Virus record (IMG/VR): IMGVR_UViG_3300007735_000800 | Span: 1 to 64,000 of that record | Length of the DNA stretch: 64,000 nt | Reading direction: 5' to 3' (one strand) | DNA from: a virus | Shown here: positions 1 through 6,578 of the stretch, in pieces | Numbering within the stretch: the first letter of the stretch is position 1 | Layout of the letters: each line of letters starts with the position of its first letter | The notes under the pieces: model-generated | Seen by the model: the letters and a program-made list of their open reading frames with translations, nothing else | What the model was told of the DNA's origin: nothing | The model's database searches: none | Program-made: the position numbers and the translations under genes

Positions 1-13
1 GGGACATGCCCCT

Positions 14-42
14 ATGATAAGGGATAAGTTAGAATCTGTCAA
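14..42 (-). promoter_or_regulatory. sigma70-type promoter TTGACA-N17-TATCAT, 6 nt before an ATG (7..5) of a gene running off the left edge
   Basis: revcomp of 5-42: TTGACA(42-37), 17 nt, TATCAT(19-14), AGGGGC, ATG; same geometry as four other cassettes. Confidence 0.85.
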
Positions 43-137
43 CCGATGCGCGAAGAAATATTTGAGATTATATTATCGGGCGCACCATCCAGGCCGGCGA
101 CTACTATCCGGCGAGCGAAGCGAGCCGGTGGACGGAC

Positions 138-164
138 TCAGGCCGGCGCTGCGCGCCGGCCTGA
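138..164 (-). other. 12-bp GC-rich hairpin with 3-nt loop (GCA on minus strand); terminator or DNA hairpin
   Basis: tcaggccggcgc-tgc-gcgccggcctga perfect inverted repeat; no U-tract. Confidence 0.7.
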
Positions 165-246
165 TAGTAGCCCCCATAAACAGCCTAGCCCCGAACGAAT
201 CGGGGCAGGGAGCGAATCCTTTTCGGCTGTTACGAGCACCACCTCG

Positions 247-492
247 TTAGATCATGTCCCTCCGGGGCGCGATGAGAACGCCGTAGGCGATGTTGTGGAT
301 CATCTCGTACACCTCGCGCTTCGACTTGAACCCGCCGATGCCCACGACTCCGGCTTCGCAGTTGCGTTGCAGTTGCCATCCGCCGTAGGCTCCCTGGAGG
401 CAGAAGGAGCCCTTCTCGCCCGGCTTCACGCCGAGGTGGAGGTTGAGGCAGGCGAGGGCTTCGTTGACTTGCTTGATGGTGGTGCGCTTCAT
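247..492 (-). CDS. small early-type hypothetical protein (81 aa; AYGGWQL motif)
   Basis: ORF begins exactly 6 nt after a -10 box; GC-rich codons. Confidence 0.8.
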   Translation of the reverse strand: MKRTTIKQVNEALACLNLHLGVKPGEKGSFCLQGAYGGWQLQRNCEAGVVGIGGFKSKREVYEMIHNIAYGVLIAPRRDMI

Positions 493-498
493 GGTTGT

Positions 499-527
499 AT
501 TGTACCGTAGGTGGTGCGTGTTGTCAA
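499..527 (-). promoter_or_regulatory. sigma70 promoter TTGACA-N17-TACAAT, leaderless for 247..492
   Basis: tgtcaa 522-527, attgta 499-504, 6 nt to ATG at 492. Confidence 0.9.
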
Positions 528-542
528 GCGACCCGGAAAGAT

Positions 543-890
543 TTAGTGGTTGATTTCCGGGGGCGCGGAGGGGATGAACGCTTCGTGGATGCTGTCCACG
601 CGGAAGGATCGCAGCCCGCCCGCCGAGTGGTCGAAGTACAGGATGGATGCGGGGTAGGCGTTGTCCGTGGCGAGGTTCTCGATATCATCGTCCGTGCCAA
701 AGGCCTTGACGATGGAGGGGTTGCGCGTGGCCATGCGCGTGGCGATCACGCCATCGGTCTTCCGGTACTGGAGGCAGACCCAGCCCGCGTTGAGCGCGGT
801 GTACAGCATGGCCCGGTTGTCGGCGTAGCGCGGGTGCGAGGCGTTGAAGACGAGGGGGAGGACGATGGGGCGGGTGTCGATGGTGCTCAT
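543..890 (-). CDS. early protein, probable WYL_2/DUF2693-like SH3-fold domain
   Basis: LQYRKTDGVIATRMATRN...ILYFDHSAGGLRSFRVDSI resembles the F.K.DG..R...T.N...Y.D.....RSF pattern. Confidence 0.55.
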   Translation of the reverse strand: MSTIDTRPIVLPLVFNASHPRYADNRAMLYTALNAGWVCLQYRKTDGVIATRMATRNPSIVKAFGTDDDIENLATDNAYPASILYFDHSAGGLRSFRVDSIHEAFIPSAPPEINH

Positions 891-896
891 GCACCC

Positions 897-925
897 ATTG
901 TAACCTATGGCCGGTGGTTTGTCAA
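897..925 (-). promoter_or_regulatory. sigma70 promoter TTGACA-N17-TACAAT, leaderless for 543..890
   Basis: tgtcaa 920-925, attgta 897-902, 6 nt to ATG at 890. Confidence 0.9.
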
Positions 926-935
926 GCGACCTGCA

Positions 936-953
936 GAAAGAAATATTTCTTTC
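936..953. promoter_or_regulatory. perfect 18-bp palindrome GAAAGAAATATTTCTTTC between divergent promoters
   Basis: self-complementary by inspection; sits between the -35 boxes at 920-925 and 962-967. Confidence 0.7.
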
Positions 954-961
954 CGAATGGG

Positions 962-990
962 TTGACAGGACAGCAGGTAGGCCGTATCAT
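962..990 (+). promoter_or_regulatory. sigma70 promoter TTGACA-N17-TATCAT, leaderless for 997..1254
   Basis: TTGACA 962-967, TATCAT 985-990, GGGGGC, ATG 997. Confidence 0.9.
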
Positions 991-996
991 GGGGGC

Positions 997-1254
997 ATGA
1001 GCACCCCTACCGACAACCACGAGCACGAACACTTCCCCTGCGACTGCCACCGCCCCGAGTACGCCTACACGGACAGCCTCTGCCCGATGTGCGAGGAGGA
1101 GCGCGAGCGGGAGCGCGAGAAGCGCATGGAGCAGGAGAGGCGCTGCGATGAGGCGGATCAGCAGGCGTTCGCGGATGCCTGCGGGAGCATGACGCAGGAT
1201 GACTGGGATGCAGACAACGACTGGCTAGCGAGCGCGGGATGGGGCGAGATGTAA
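997..1254 (+). CDS. acidic Cys-containing early protein (85 aa), start moved from 907 to 997
   Basis: in-frame ATG 6 nt after -10; CxC, CxxC motifs; ends DWLASAGWGEM. Confidence 0.8.
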   Translation: MSTPTDNHEHEHFPCDCHRPEYAYTDSLCPMCEEEREREREKRMEQERRCDEADQQAFADACGSMTQDDWDADNDWLASAGWGEM

Positions 1255-1276
1255 GCCCACCGCCTACCACCCAGCC

Positions 1277-1305
1277 CCATGCCGGCCCCGTAGGGGCCGG
1301 CATGG
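1277..1305 (+). other. 13-bp GC-rich hairpin with GTA loop after 997..1254
   Basis: ccatgccggcccc-gta-ggggccggcatgg; no U-tract. Confidence 0.7.
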
Positions 1306-1333
1306 TCATTCGAAGAAATATAATGGGAAATGG

Positions 1334-1362
1334 TTGACAAACTTCCCACCTGCCCTTATCAT
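1334..1362 (+). promoter_or_regulatory. sigma70 promoter TTGACA-N17-TATCAT, leaderless for 1369..1626
   Basis: TTGACA 1334-1339, TATCAT 1357-1362, AGGGGC, ATG 1369. Confidence 0.9.
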
Positions 1363-1368
1363 AGGGGC

Positions 1369-1626
1369 ATGAGCACCACCTGCAACAACGATGAAACCCC
1401 CCGCCCCGAGCCCGTGTGCCCCCGCTGCGGCTGCAGCGATGACGCGCCCAACAGCCACGACCTCTGCGAAACTTGCGTGGAGGAAATGGATGCCGGGTAC
1501 GAGGCCGATGACGAATGGGCCCCGGAGGACCCCGGCATCGATGGGGACCACCCCACCGGGTACGAGGCCGATGACGAACGCCCCTACGGGTGGGATGTGC
1601 CCGAGGAGGAATACCCGGACTGGTAA
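1369..1626 (+). CDS. very acidic zinc-finger-like early protein (85 aa), start moved from 1330 to 1369
   Basis: CPRCGC...CETC followed by D/E-rich tail (27 D/E vs 3 R by hand count). Confidence 0.8.
   Translation: MSTTCNNDETPRPEPVCPRCGCSDDAPNSHDLCETCVEEMDAGYEADDEWAPEDPGIDGDHPTGYEADDERPYGWDVPEEEYPDW
1493..1578 (+). repeat. 23-bp direct repeat encoding GYEADDE twice
   Basis: ccgggtacgaggccgatgacgaa at 1493-1515 and 1556-1578. Confidence 0.9.
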
Positions 1627-1646
1627 CCCCAGTCCTCCCAGCCCTC

Positions 1647-1694
1647 CGATGGCCGGCGCGAAGCGCCGGCCATCGTTGTTATTTGAAATAACAA
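1647..1694 (+). terminator. 13-bp GC hairpin (GAA loop) immediately followed by a 19-bp AT-rich palindrome
   Basis: cgatggccggcgc-gaa-gcgccggccatcg then ttgttattt-g-aaataacaa. Confidence 0.6.
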
Positions 1695-1877
1695 ATTTAA
1701 TTGGTAGACGAGTGTCCGAGTAGTGATTTGGGTCCCATATGACGGCGCGTTATCGGACGCGCTAGCCCCACCCCCCTTCAATTTTCTCAAATTTTCTCAA
1801 ATATTCTTGATGGTCTAAAAATTTTTTGGCCACCCCCATACCCCCAAACCTCAAAATACATGATATGCCAAAAAAAA

Positions 1878-1903
1878 TTTTGGGCCCCCGAAGAGGCCCA
1901 AAA
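1878..1903 (-). terminator. intrinsic terminator with UUCG loop for the minus-strand operon
   Basis: minus strand ttttgggcc-tc-TTCG-gg-ggcccaaaa followed by a T-run. Confidence 0.7.
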
Positions 1904-1937
1904 AGTTCATTTAAAAATTTTATATCTTTTTATTGGC

Positions 1938-2441
1938 TTATCTGTCTCTCTTCTTATTTTTTGCCAATGCGATTGCTAGATTTTTCTTTTTTGCCTTCTT
2001 GCCTCTTCCTGGTTCTGAACCACCTTTTCTTCGTCGGTCTGATCGCTCTTGGAATATCTCATCGCTTCCAACCTGCAATGCCGGTCCTTTGCCCACCATT
2101 GAAGCGTAGATTGGATTGTCTTGTACGGTTGGTCTGCCCGAGTTTGATACGATTTCCCGTGTAAGGTATTCTTGGTCACTCCCTACGTTTCGGATGGCTC
2201 CCATGCCGGGATATACGGAAAATCGTGCTGTTTTTCTGGCACCCTTGCCGAGAGGATTTCCTTGTTTGGTGACTTCTGTTCCGATAATGCGGGGGACGGG
2301 TTCGCCTGTGTAAGGATCCACGTCATCCACATCGAGGTGAACTATGCTCTTCTTCCTGTACTCCAAGAGTTGTTCTAGTTGGTTGACTTGTTCTTGAAGT
2401 TGTTCGCAAAGATTTTTGTAGTAATTTGTTAAGTAGTCCAT
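1938..2441 (-). CDS. putative internal head protein, MDYLTNYYKNL family (167 aa; start moved from 2630 to 2441)
   Basis: paralogous N-terminus with 2495..3190 and 5067..5510; TATAAATA 5 nt upstream of ATG; basic C-terminus. Confidence 0.7.
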   Translation of the reverse strand: MDYLTNYYKNLCEQLQEQVNQLEQLLEYRKKSIVHLDVDDVDPYTGEPVPRIIGTEVTKQGNPLGKGARKTARFSVYPGMGAIRNVGSDQEYLTREIVSNSGRPTVQDNPIYASMVGKGPALQVGSDEIFQERSDRRRKGGSEPGRGKKAKKKNLAIALAKNKKRDR

Positions 2442-2446
2442 TGAAA

Positions 2447-2454
2447 TATTTATA
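2447..2454 (-). promoter_or_regulatory. T4-type late promoter TATAAATA
   Basis: tatttata at 2447-2454, 5 nt from ATG 2441. Confidence 0.8.
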
Positions 2455-2456
2455 AA

Positions 2457-2490
2457 AAAAAACCGAGATGTTTTTGGATCTCGGTTTTTT
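2457..2490. terminator. intrinsic terminator hairpin
   Basis: aaaaaaccgagat-gtttttgg-atctcggtttttt. Confidence 0.75.
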
Positions 2491-2494
2491 GTTT

Positions 2495-3190
2495 TTAGCG
2501 AATTGGTGCCGAACCTCTGCCAGGAATTGTTCCTCCACCCTTTCTTGGTGTTGGGGGTACTCCGCTGTCTCTTGGTTGAGGTGGTATTGGATTGTCTTTT
2601 TTCCATTTTGGATCCTGTTTTTGCCACCATTTAAAGTAATTATACCATTCTTTTTGATATTCTGGATCTTGGCTTCCTTTTGGATATCCTCTTGGATCCG
2701 GTTTATCAGGTTGTTGTGGGGCCGGTTGTTGTGGGGCCGGTTGTTGTGGAGGGGGTTGTTGTGGAGGGGGTTGGGGAGCTGGTGGTTGTGGCGCTGGGGG
2801 TTGTGGGGCTGGGGGTTGGGGGGGTATTTGTCCACCTCCTCCAAATCCTCCTCCAAATCCATTATTACCGACAGCATCAAATCTAGTCGGTTCATTTGGC
2901 TCTTGATCAACTCGGCTTCTGGTTGCTCCACTACGTTGCATATCACCACCATATTCAAATCTATCAGAGGGCTCTTGATCAACTCGGGTTCTGGTTCCTC
3001 CACTACGTTGCATATCACCACCATATTCAAATCTTCTATTCTTAGAATATCTGTTAAAGGCAGAGTTTAGGTCGAACGGTATGTCTTCATTTAACATTAA
3101 TGATTTTTTATAAATTGCAGATTCTAAAATATTAATTTTGACCTGTAATTGTTCTGATAAATTTTTGTAATAATTTGTCAAGTAGTCCAT
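2495..3190 (-). CDS. putative internal head protein, MDYLTNYYKNL family, with tandem repeat and Pro/Gln tract
   Basis: shared N-terminus; TCTAAATA 5 nt upstream; RFEYGGDMQRSG x2; (PQPPA)n. Confidence 0.75.
   Translation of the reverse strand: MDYLTNYYKNLSEQLQVKINILESAIYKKSLMLNEDIPFDLNSAFNRYSKNRRFEYGGDMQRSGGTRTRVDQEPSDRFEYGGDMQRSGATRSRVDQEPNEPTRFDAVGNNGFGGGFGGGGQIPPQPPAPQPPAPQPPAPQPPPQQPPPQQPAPQQPAPQQPDKPDPRGYPKGSQDPEYQKEWYNYFKWWQKQDPKWKKDNPIPPQPRDSGVPPTPRKGGGTIPGRGSAPIR
2713..2820 (-). repeat. 15-bp degenerate minisatellite encoding PQPPA/PQQPA
   Basis: ttgtggggccggttg / ttgtggagggggttg type units in tandem. Confidence 0.8.
2899..3034 (-). repeat. 72-bp period tandem duplication (24 aa)
   Basis: gctcttgatcaactcgg...ccactacgttgcatatcaccaccatattcaaatct begins at 2899 and 2971. 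Confidence 0.9.
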
Positions 3191-3225
3191 GAATTTATTT
3201 AGATAAATATGTAAAAGGAAATTTT

Positions 3226-3408
3226 ATGCTAACAAAAATTAAAAATTTCGTAAAGAAGGTTACTGTGCTTGAATGGGTAGTCCTCGGAATCGCCATATTG
3301 GCTCTCTGGCTTGCCGTTGCCCCAAAGCACGCTCCAGCACACAAAGGTCCTCACGGTGGCAATAAGGCCGTGGAAAAGGCCGTTGAAGTGGAAGCCGAGA
3401 AGAAGTAA
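3226..3408 (+). CDS. small single-pass membrane protein
   Basis: hydrophobic VLEWVVLGIAILALWLAVA; SD aagga; GATAAATA at 3202-3209. Confidence 0.65.
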   Translation: MLTKIKNFVKKVTVLEWVVLGIAILALWLAVAPKHAPAHKGPHGGNKAVEKAVEVEAEKK

Positions 3409-3426
3409 GTTAAAAAATTTAACAAA

Positions 3427-3461
3427 AAAAAATTTGAGTCCTTTTGGGGCTCAAATTTTTT
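3427..3461. terminator. bidirectional terminator between convergent genes
   Basis: aaaaaatttgagtcc-tttt-ggggctcaaatttttt. Confidence 0.75.
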
Positions 3462-3463
3462 AT

Positions 3464-4093
3464 TTAGTCTCCGGTGTAGTGTCCGAATGGTGCATTAGGA
3501 TTTCTTGGTCTTCCTTTTGAATCTCTTCGACCCATTATGATGTCTGCTCTGAGGTTCTCATCTTCCACGAATTGATTGTGTTCTGGGCGTGCATTCAATT
3601 CTTTTCTAGTGAGGTCTCTGAGAACGACCAATCCCCTGGCTTGATCTTTTAGGTCCTGTGGATCGACATAGGATTGGCTGAATTGCTTCATTGCATTTTG
3701 GCGGGCTGCGCTGCTAAATTTGTATGAGGAAAGTGGACGACCTCTGTAATTGGTTCCGGAGATATGGGCTTTCAGGGCATCGGATTTTCTTGTAGACATT
3801 TCTCTATACAAATCTTCGATTGCTCTGTTCTGTCTACTTAGATTGCGGTCAATCCTAGCATATTCACGGTTCGGGTATCGTCCACCAAAACTGTCAACAC
3901 GCAAATCTCCTTCTTGGTCATCTCTCATGGTTGCTGTGTTTGGTGGCGGATCTCCAGCATCATTGTATGCTGTGGTCAGTGGAATGAAATTTGGACGACC
4001 CATTTCATTCAAGGTAATTTGTTTTTCAAGAATCAACTTTGCGTTGTGCTGTAGATTATTTGTAAAATTTAAATTATCCGTTGAAAATCTCAT
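3464..4093 (-). CDS. hypothetical, putative internal protein (ILE/LNE processing-like motifs near N-terminus)
   Basis: ORF coupled to the upstream paralog operon. Confidence 0.65.
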   Translation of the reverse strand: MRFSTDNLNFTNNLQHNAKLILEKQITLNEMGRPNFIPLTTAYNDAGDPPPNTATMRDDQEGDLRVDSFGGRYPNREYARIDRNLSRQNRAIEDLYREMSTRKSDALKAHISGTNYRGRPLSSYKFSSAARQNAMKQFSQSYVDPQDLKDQARGLVVLRDLTRKELNARPEHNQFVEDENLRADIIMGRRDSKGRPRNPNAPFGHYTGD

Positions 4094-4094
4094 T

Positions 4095-4565
4095 TTAGTT
4101 TTTCTTTCTGTGCTTCCTGGTTTTTAGAAACGAAATTGCCTGACGTAGGTCGGAGACATCTGCAACTCCCTCATTCTCAAATTCTGTTCCAAATACTTTT
4201 GCATATTTTTTCTGTGATCTTCGAATGTCAGCGTCAAGAGCTCTGATCTTGGGACTTCCTGGAACCTTTGGTCCAGAACGCTTTATGTCTCCAACGACGC
4301 GTTTGAATGATTTAACTTGTTGAGGATTGATTCCATGAGACTGTGGAGATTCAATTGCCTTTTCAAGAGCGATCAAGTCATCCATCCGCAGCATCCCTGC
4401 TTTCTGGCCTCTTAATTTTCTTCTTTCATCTGGATCATGTATCTCAGCTTCAACTAATGCGTTAAATAAAATATCATCTAATTGGGCTTCTTGAATTTGC
4501 CTTACTGCATCATGGTAATTGTTTGAAAGATTTAAATGATCTTTAAATGGATTGTAATTTTTCAT
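4095..4565 (-). CDS. putative internal protein, NPFxDHLNLS family
   Basis: N-terminus MKNYNPFKDHLNLSNNYHDAVRQIQEA paralogous to 4567..5064. Confidence 0.7.
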   Translation of the reverse strand: MKNYNPFKDHLNLSNNYHDAVRQIQEAQLDDILFNALVEAEIHDPDERRKLRGQKAGMLRMDDLIALEKAIESPQSHGINPQQVKSFKRVVGDIKRSGPKVPGSPKIRALDADIRRSQKKYAKVFGTEFENEGVADVSDLRQAISFLKTRKHRKKN

Positions 4566-4566
4566 T

Positions 4567-5064
4567 TTATAATGTGTAGGTTGTTGAGTAACGTCCGAGG
4601 GTATTTTTTGAAGTTGGTCCAGAAATTATTCTTGTATTAAAATCAGTAGAATCTGGTTCCCAATAATTTGGAAGATTTATTCCAGCAATTCCCCTTTCAC
4701 GCAATTTTTTAATTTCATCGGGAGTTAGCACACCAGAAGTAGGAGACATGCCAGCAGCAATTCTAACTTTTCCGGAAAAAGTTCTACCCGATCTTTCTGC
4801 GGCTCTCATTTCTTTTCTTTTTTCTGTCTCTGCGGCAATGGCATCCAGTTCTTCTCTAGTTCGCATTCTGGAACTTCTTTCTTTTGGGGAACTGAAACCT
4901 CTAATAAAATCCGAATGAGTAACTCTACTGCCCCCTACATACGGACCACGTGAATCACCTATTCTTGTTCCAGGAATAATTTTGGCTTCCAAAATTTGTT
5001 TAGCCGCATCATATAAATTTGGAGAAAGATTTAAGTGATCGTTGAAAGGGTTGCAGTTATTCAT
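4567..5064 (-). CDS. putative internal protein, NPFxDHLNLS family
   Basis: MNNCNPFNDHLNLSPNLYDAAKQILEA; C-terminal TLGRYSTTYTL similar to that of 5067..5510. Confidence 0.7.
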   Translation of the reverse strand: MNNCNPFNDHLNLSPNLYDAAKQILEAKIIPGTRIGDSRGPYVGGSRVTHSDFIRGFSSPKERSSRMRTREELDAIAAETEKRKEMRAAERSGRTFSGKVRIAAGMSPTSGVLTPDEIKKLRERGIAGINLPNYWEPDSTDFNTRIISGPTSKNTLGRYSTTYTL

Positions 5065-5066
5065 TT

Positions 5067-5510
5067 TTAGAACCTATATGTTTGTGAATATTTTCCAAGA
5101 GTGCCGGATGTACCCATACTACCAAGATTTTTTTCACTTGCAGATAATATTCTTCTTCTAGAAGAATAATTATAATCATCAGCGGGATTCCATGTATCTG
5201 GAAGATCTATCTGTGGTATATTCTTTAATTCATCATTTCTTTTTTTGTCTTCTACATAATCACTAAAATCACGAGGTTTACCATAGTTAAAACCAAATGG
5301 AAAGCCAGGAGTGCCTGGTGGTACTTGTGTATTTCTTTTTTTATTTCTAGTTCTTGGATCTAATCTAGAGTCACCTGGGCGATATGGTCTTTTTCGTTTA
5401 GGAGGATCAGGAGGTCCTCCACCAAATCCACCTCCACCTTCCAATAAAGAATAAATTCTTTTTTCAAGGTCTTCGCATAGCTTTTTATAATAAAGAGCAG
5501 TATAATCCAT
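5067..5510 (-). CDS. putative internal protein, MDY..YYK.L family
   Basis: MDYTALYYKKLCEDLEKRIYSLLE; AATAAATA 5 nt upstream. Confidence 0.7.
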   Translation of the reverse strand: MDYTALYYKKLCEDLEKRIYSLLEGGGGFGGGPPDPPKRKRPYRPGDSRLDPRTRNKKRNTQVPPGTPGFPFGFNYGKPRDFSDYVEDKKRNDELKNIPQIDLPDTWNPADDYNYSSRRRILSASEKNLGSMGTSGTLGKYSQTYRF

Positions 5511-5514
5511 AAAA

Positions 5515-5958
5515 TTATTTATTATTTTTTAATTCCTGGATTTTATCAAACAATTTTTCTTTTTCAGCATCAACAGAAACCGTCAAATTTATTAAATTTA
5601 GTTTTTCAATATCGTACTCCTCAATTTTCTTTTTTCTTATCAAAGAATCTTTTGGAATATTTGGATCATAATTGCTGAATCCAGGCATCTTTAATGGACA
5701 AGTGAGGTAAGGATAATCTAATTTGGCATAGACTCCCTCTTCTCTCATTAACCATGTATGCGAGTGATCACCACAACCACATCTACCACAATAGTAAAAA
5801 CTTGATTTTTCACTAGCCTTTAAATTTTGACATGGTCTGATTTCATCATTTCCATAACAAGAAATATATCGTAATTTTTTTGTTTCTGGATCTGTTTTTT
5901 TATTTGAAGTTCCACGGGAGGCTATTGCCATAGCCAACAACATCATTTTTTTTATCAT
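5515..5958 (-). CDS. Cys-rich metal-binding protein (CGxCGC...CP)
   Basis: RYISC...PC...YCGRCGCGD...LTCPL; related to 20251..20814. Confidence 0.7.
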   Translation of the reverse strand: MIKKMMLLAMAIASRGTSNKKTDPETKKLRYISCYGNDEIRPCQNLKASEKSSFYYCGRCGCGDHSHTWLMREEGVYAKLDYPYLTCPLKMPGFSNYDPNIPKDSLIRKKKIEEYDIEKLNLINLTVSVDAEKEKLFDKIQELKNNK

Positions 5959-6578
5959 GGTGTTTGATATAAAGCTATAGTTCCAGCAGGATAAACGTAT
6001 TGTTCCAAGAATGGTTTATATTTACTTGGAACATTTGCCCTTACTATAAAAAATCCTGCTGAACTTGTATCTATTATAACATCATCTTGAGGTAAGTTGA
6101 GCAATGTGGTTAAAAGATATTTTATTGCTTTTGGTGAACCTTTTAAGTTAAAATAATTTGCATCAGCCTGTATTGCAAATTTTTTTATGTTGTCTAGTAA
6201 ATCACGATTATCCGATGTGGATGAAAAATCGGCACCAGGAAAATATACATCTGCCAGACATTCTAAGAGAGAATTGTTTATTCTCTGTGGATCGTGAATT
6301 GTTTCCCACTCAATGTACGCACCATATCCATGCTCAACGCTAAAAAGCCATCTTAAATAAGATTTTACTATTTGTACTATTGTAACATTATCTGGATCAT
6401 TTTCTGATTCTCTTATTATCCAATTAGGAAACAATGATTGTATTGTTAGATCGTCACCCTTCCAATATTCTCCCTGAATTGCATAAAAATCAGATCCATA
6501 TGTGCTCTTTGCTATATTAACAAATTCATTAATCTTTCTCTCTAAGCTAACCGGAATGTGATTGAATAATAATATCAT
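5955..6578 (-). CDS. short baseplate wedge protein, gp7-like / P2 gpI-like
   Basis: follows gp6; IKKF...YFNLKGSPKAIKYLLTTL motif. Confidence 0.6.
   Translation of the reverse strand: MILLFNHIPVSLERKINEFVNIAKSTYGSDFYAIQGEYWKGDDLTIQSLFPNWIIRESENDPDNVTIVQIVKSYLRWLFSVEHGYGAYIEWETIHDPQRINNSLLECLADVYFPGADFSSTSDNRDLLDNIKKFAIQADANYFNLKGSPKAIKYLLTTLLNLPQDDVIIDTSSAGFFIVRANVPSKYKPFLEQYVYPAGTIALYQTP

Noticed and set aside
14-965. Plus-strand ORFs 14..250, 46..510, 495..965 and other GC-block overlaps (685..894, 1007..1309, 1306..1551, 1391..1723)
   Set aside because: Shadow ORFs typical of high-GC DNA; the opposite or alternative frames have exact promoter-ATG geometry and these do not
2442-2630. N-terminal extension of ORF 1938..2630
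   Set aside because: It runs through a terminator and the upstream gene; the paralogous MDYLTNYY start at 2441 has its own late promoter
2899-3034. Tandem repeat as a possible CRISPR array
   Set aside because: Only two in-frame 72-bp units with no unique spacers and no cas genes
2323-3070. Alternative-frame ORFs 2323..3030 (-) and 2468..3070 (+) with repeats
   Set aside because: By-products of the repeats in 2495..3190, which has the conserved leader and promoter
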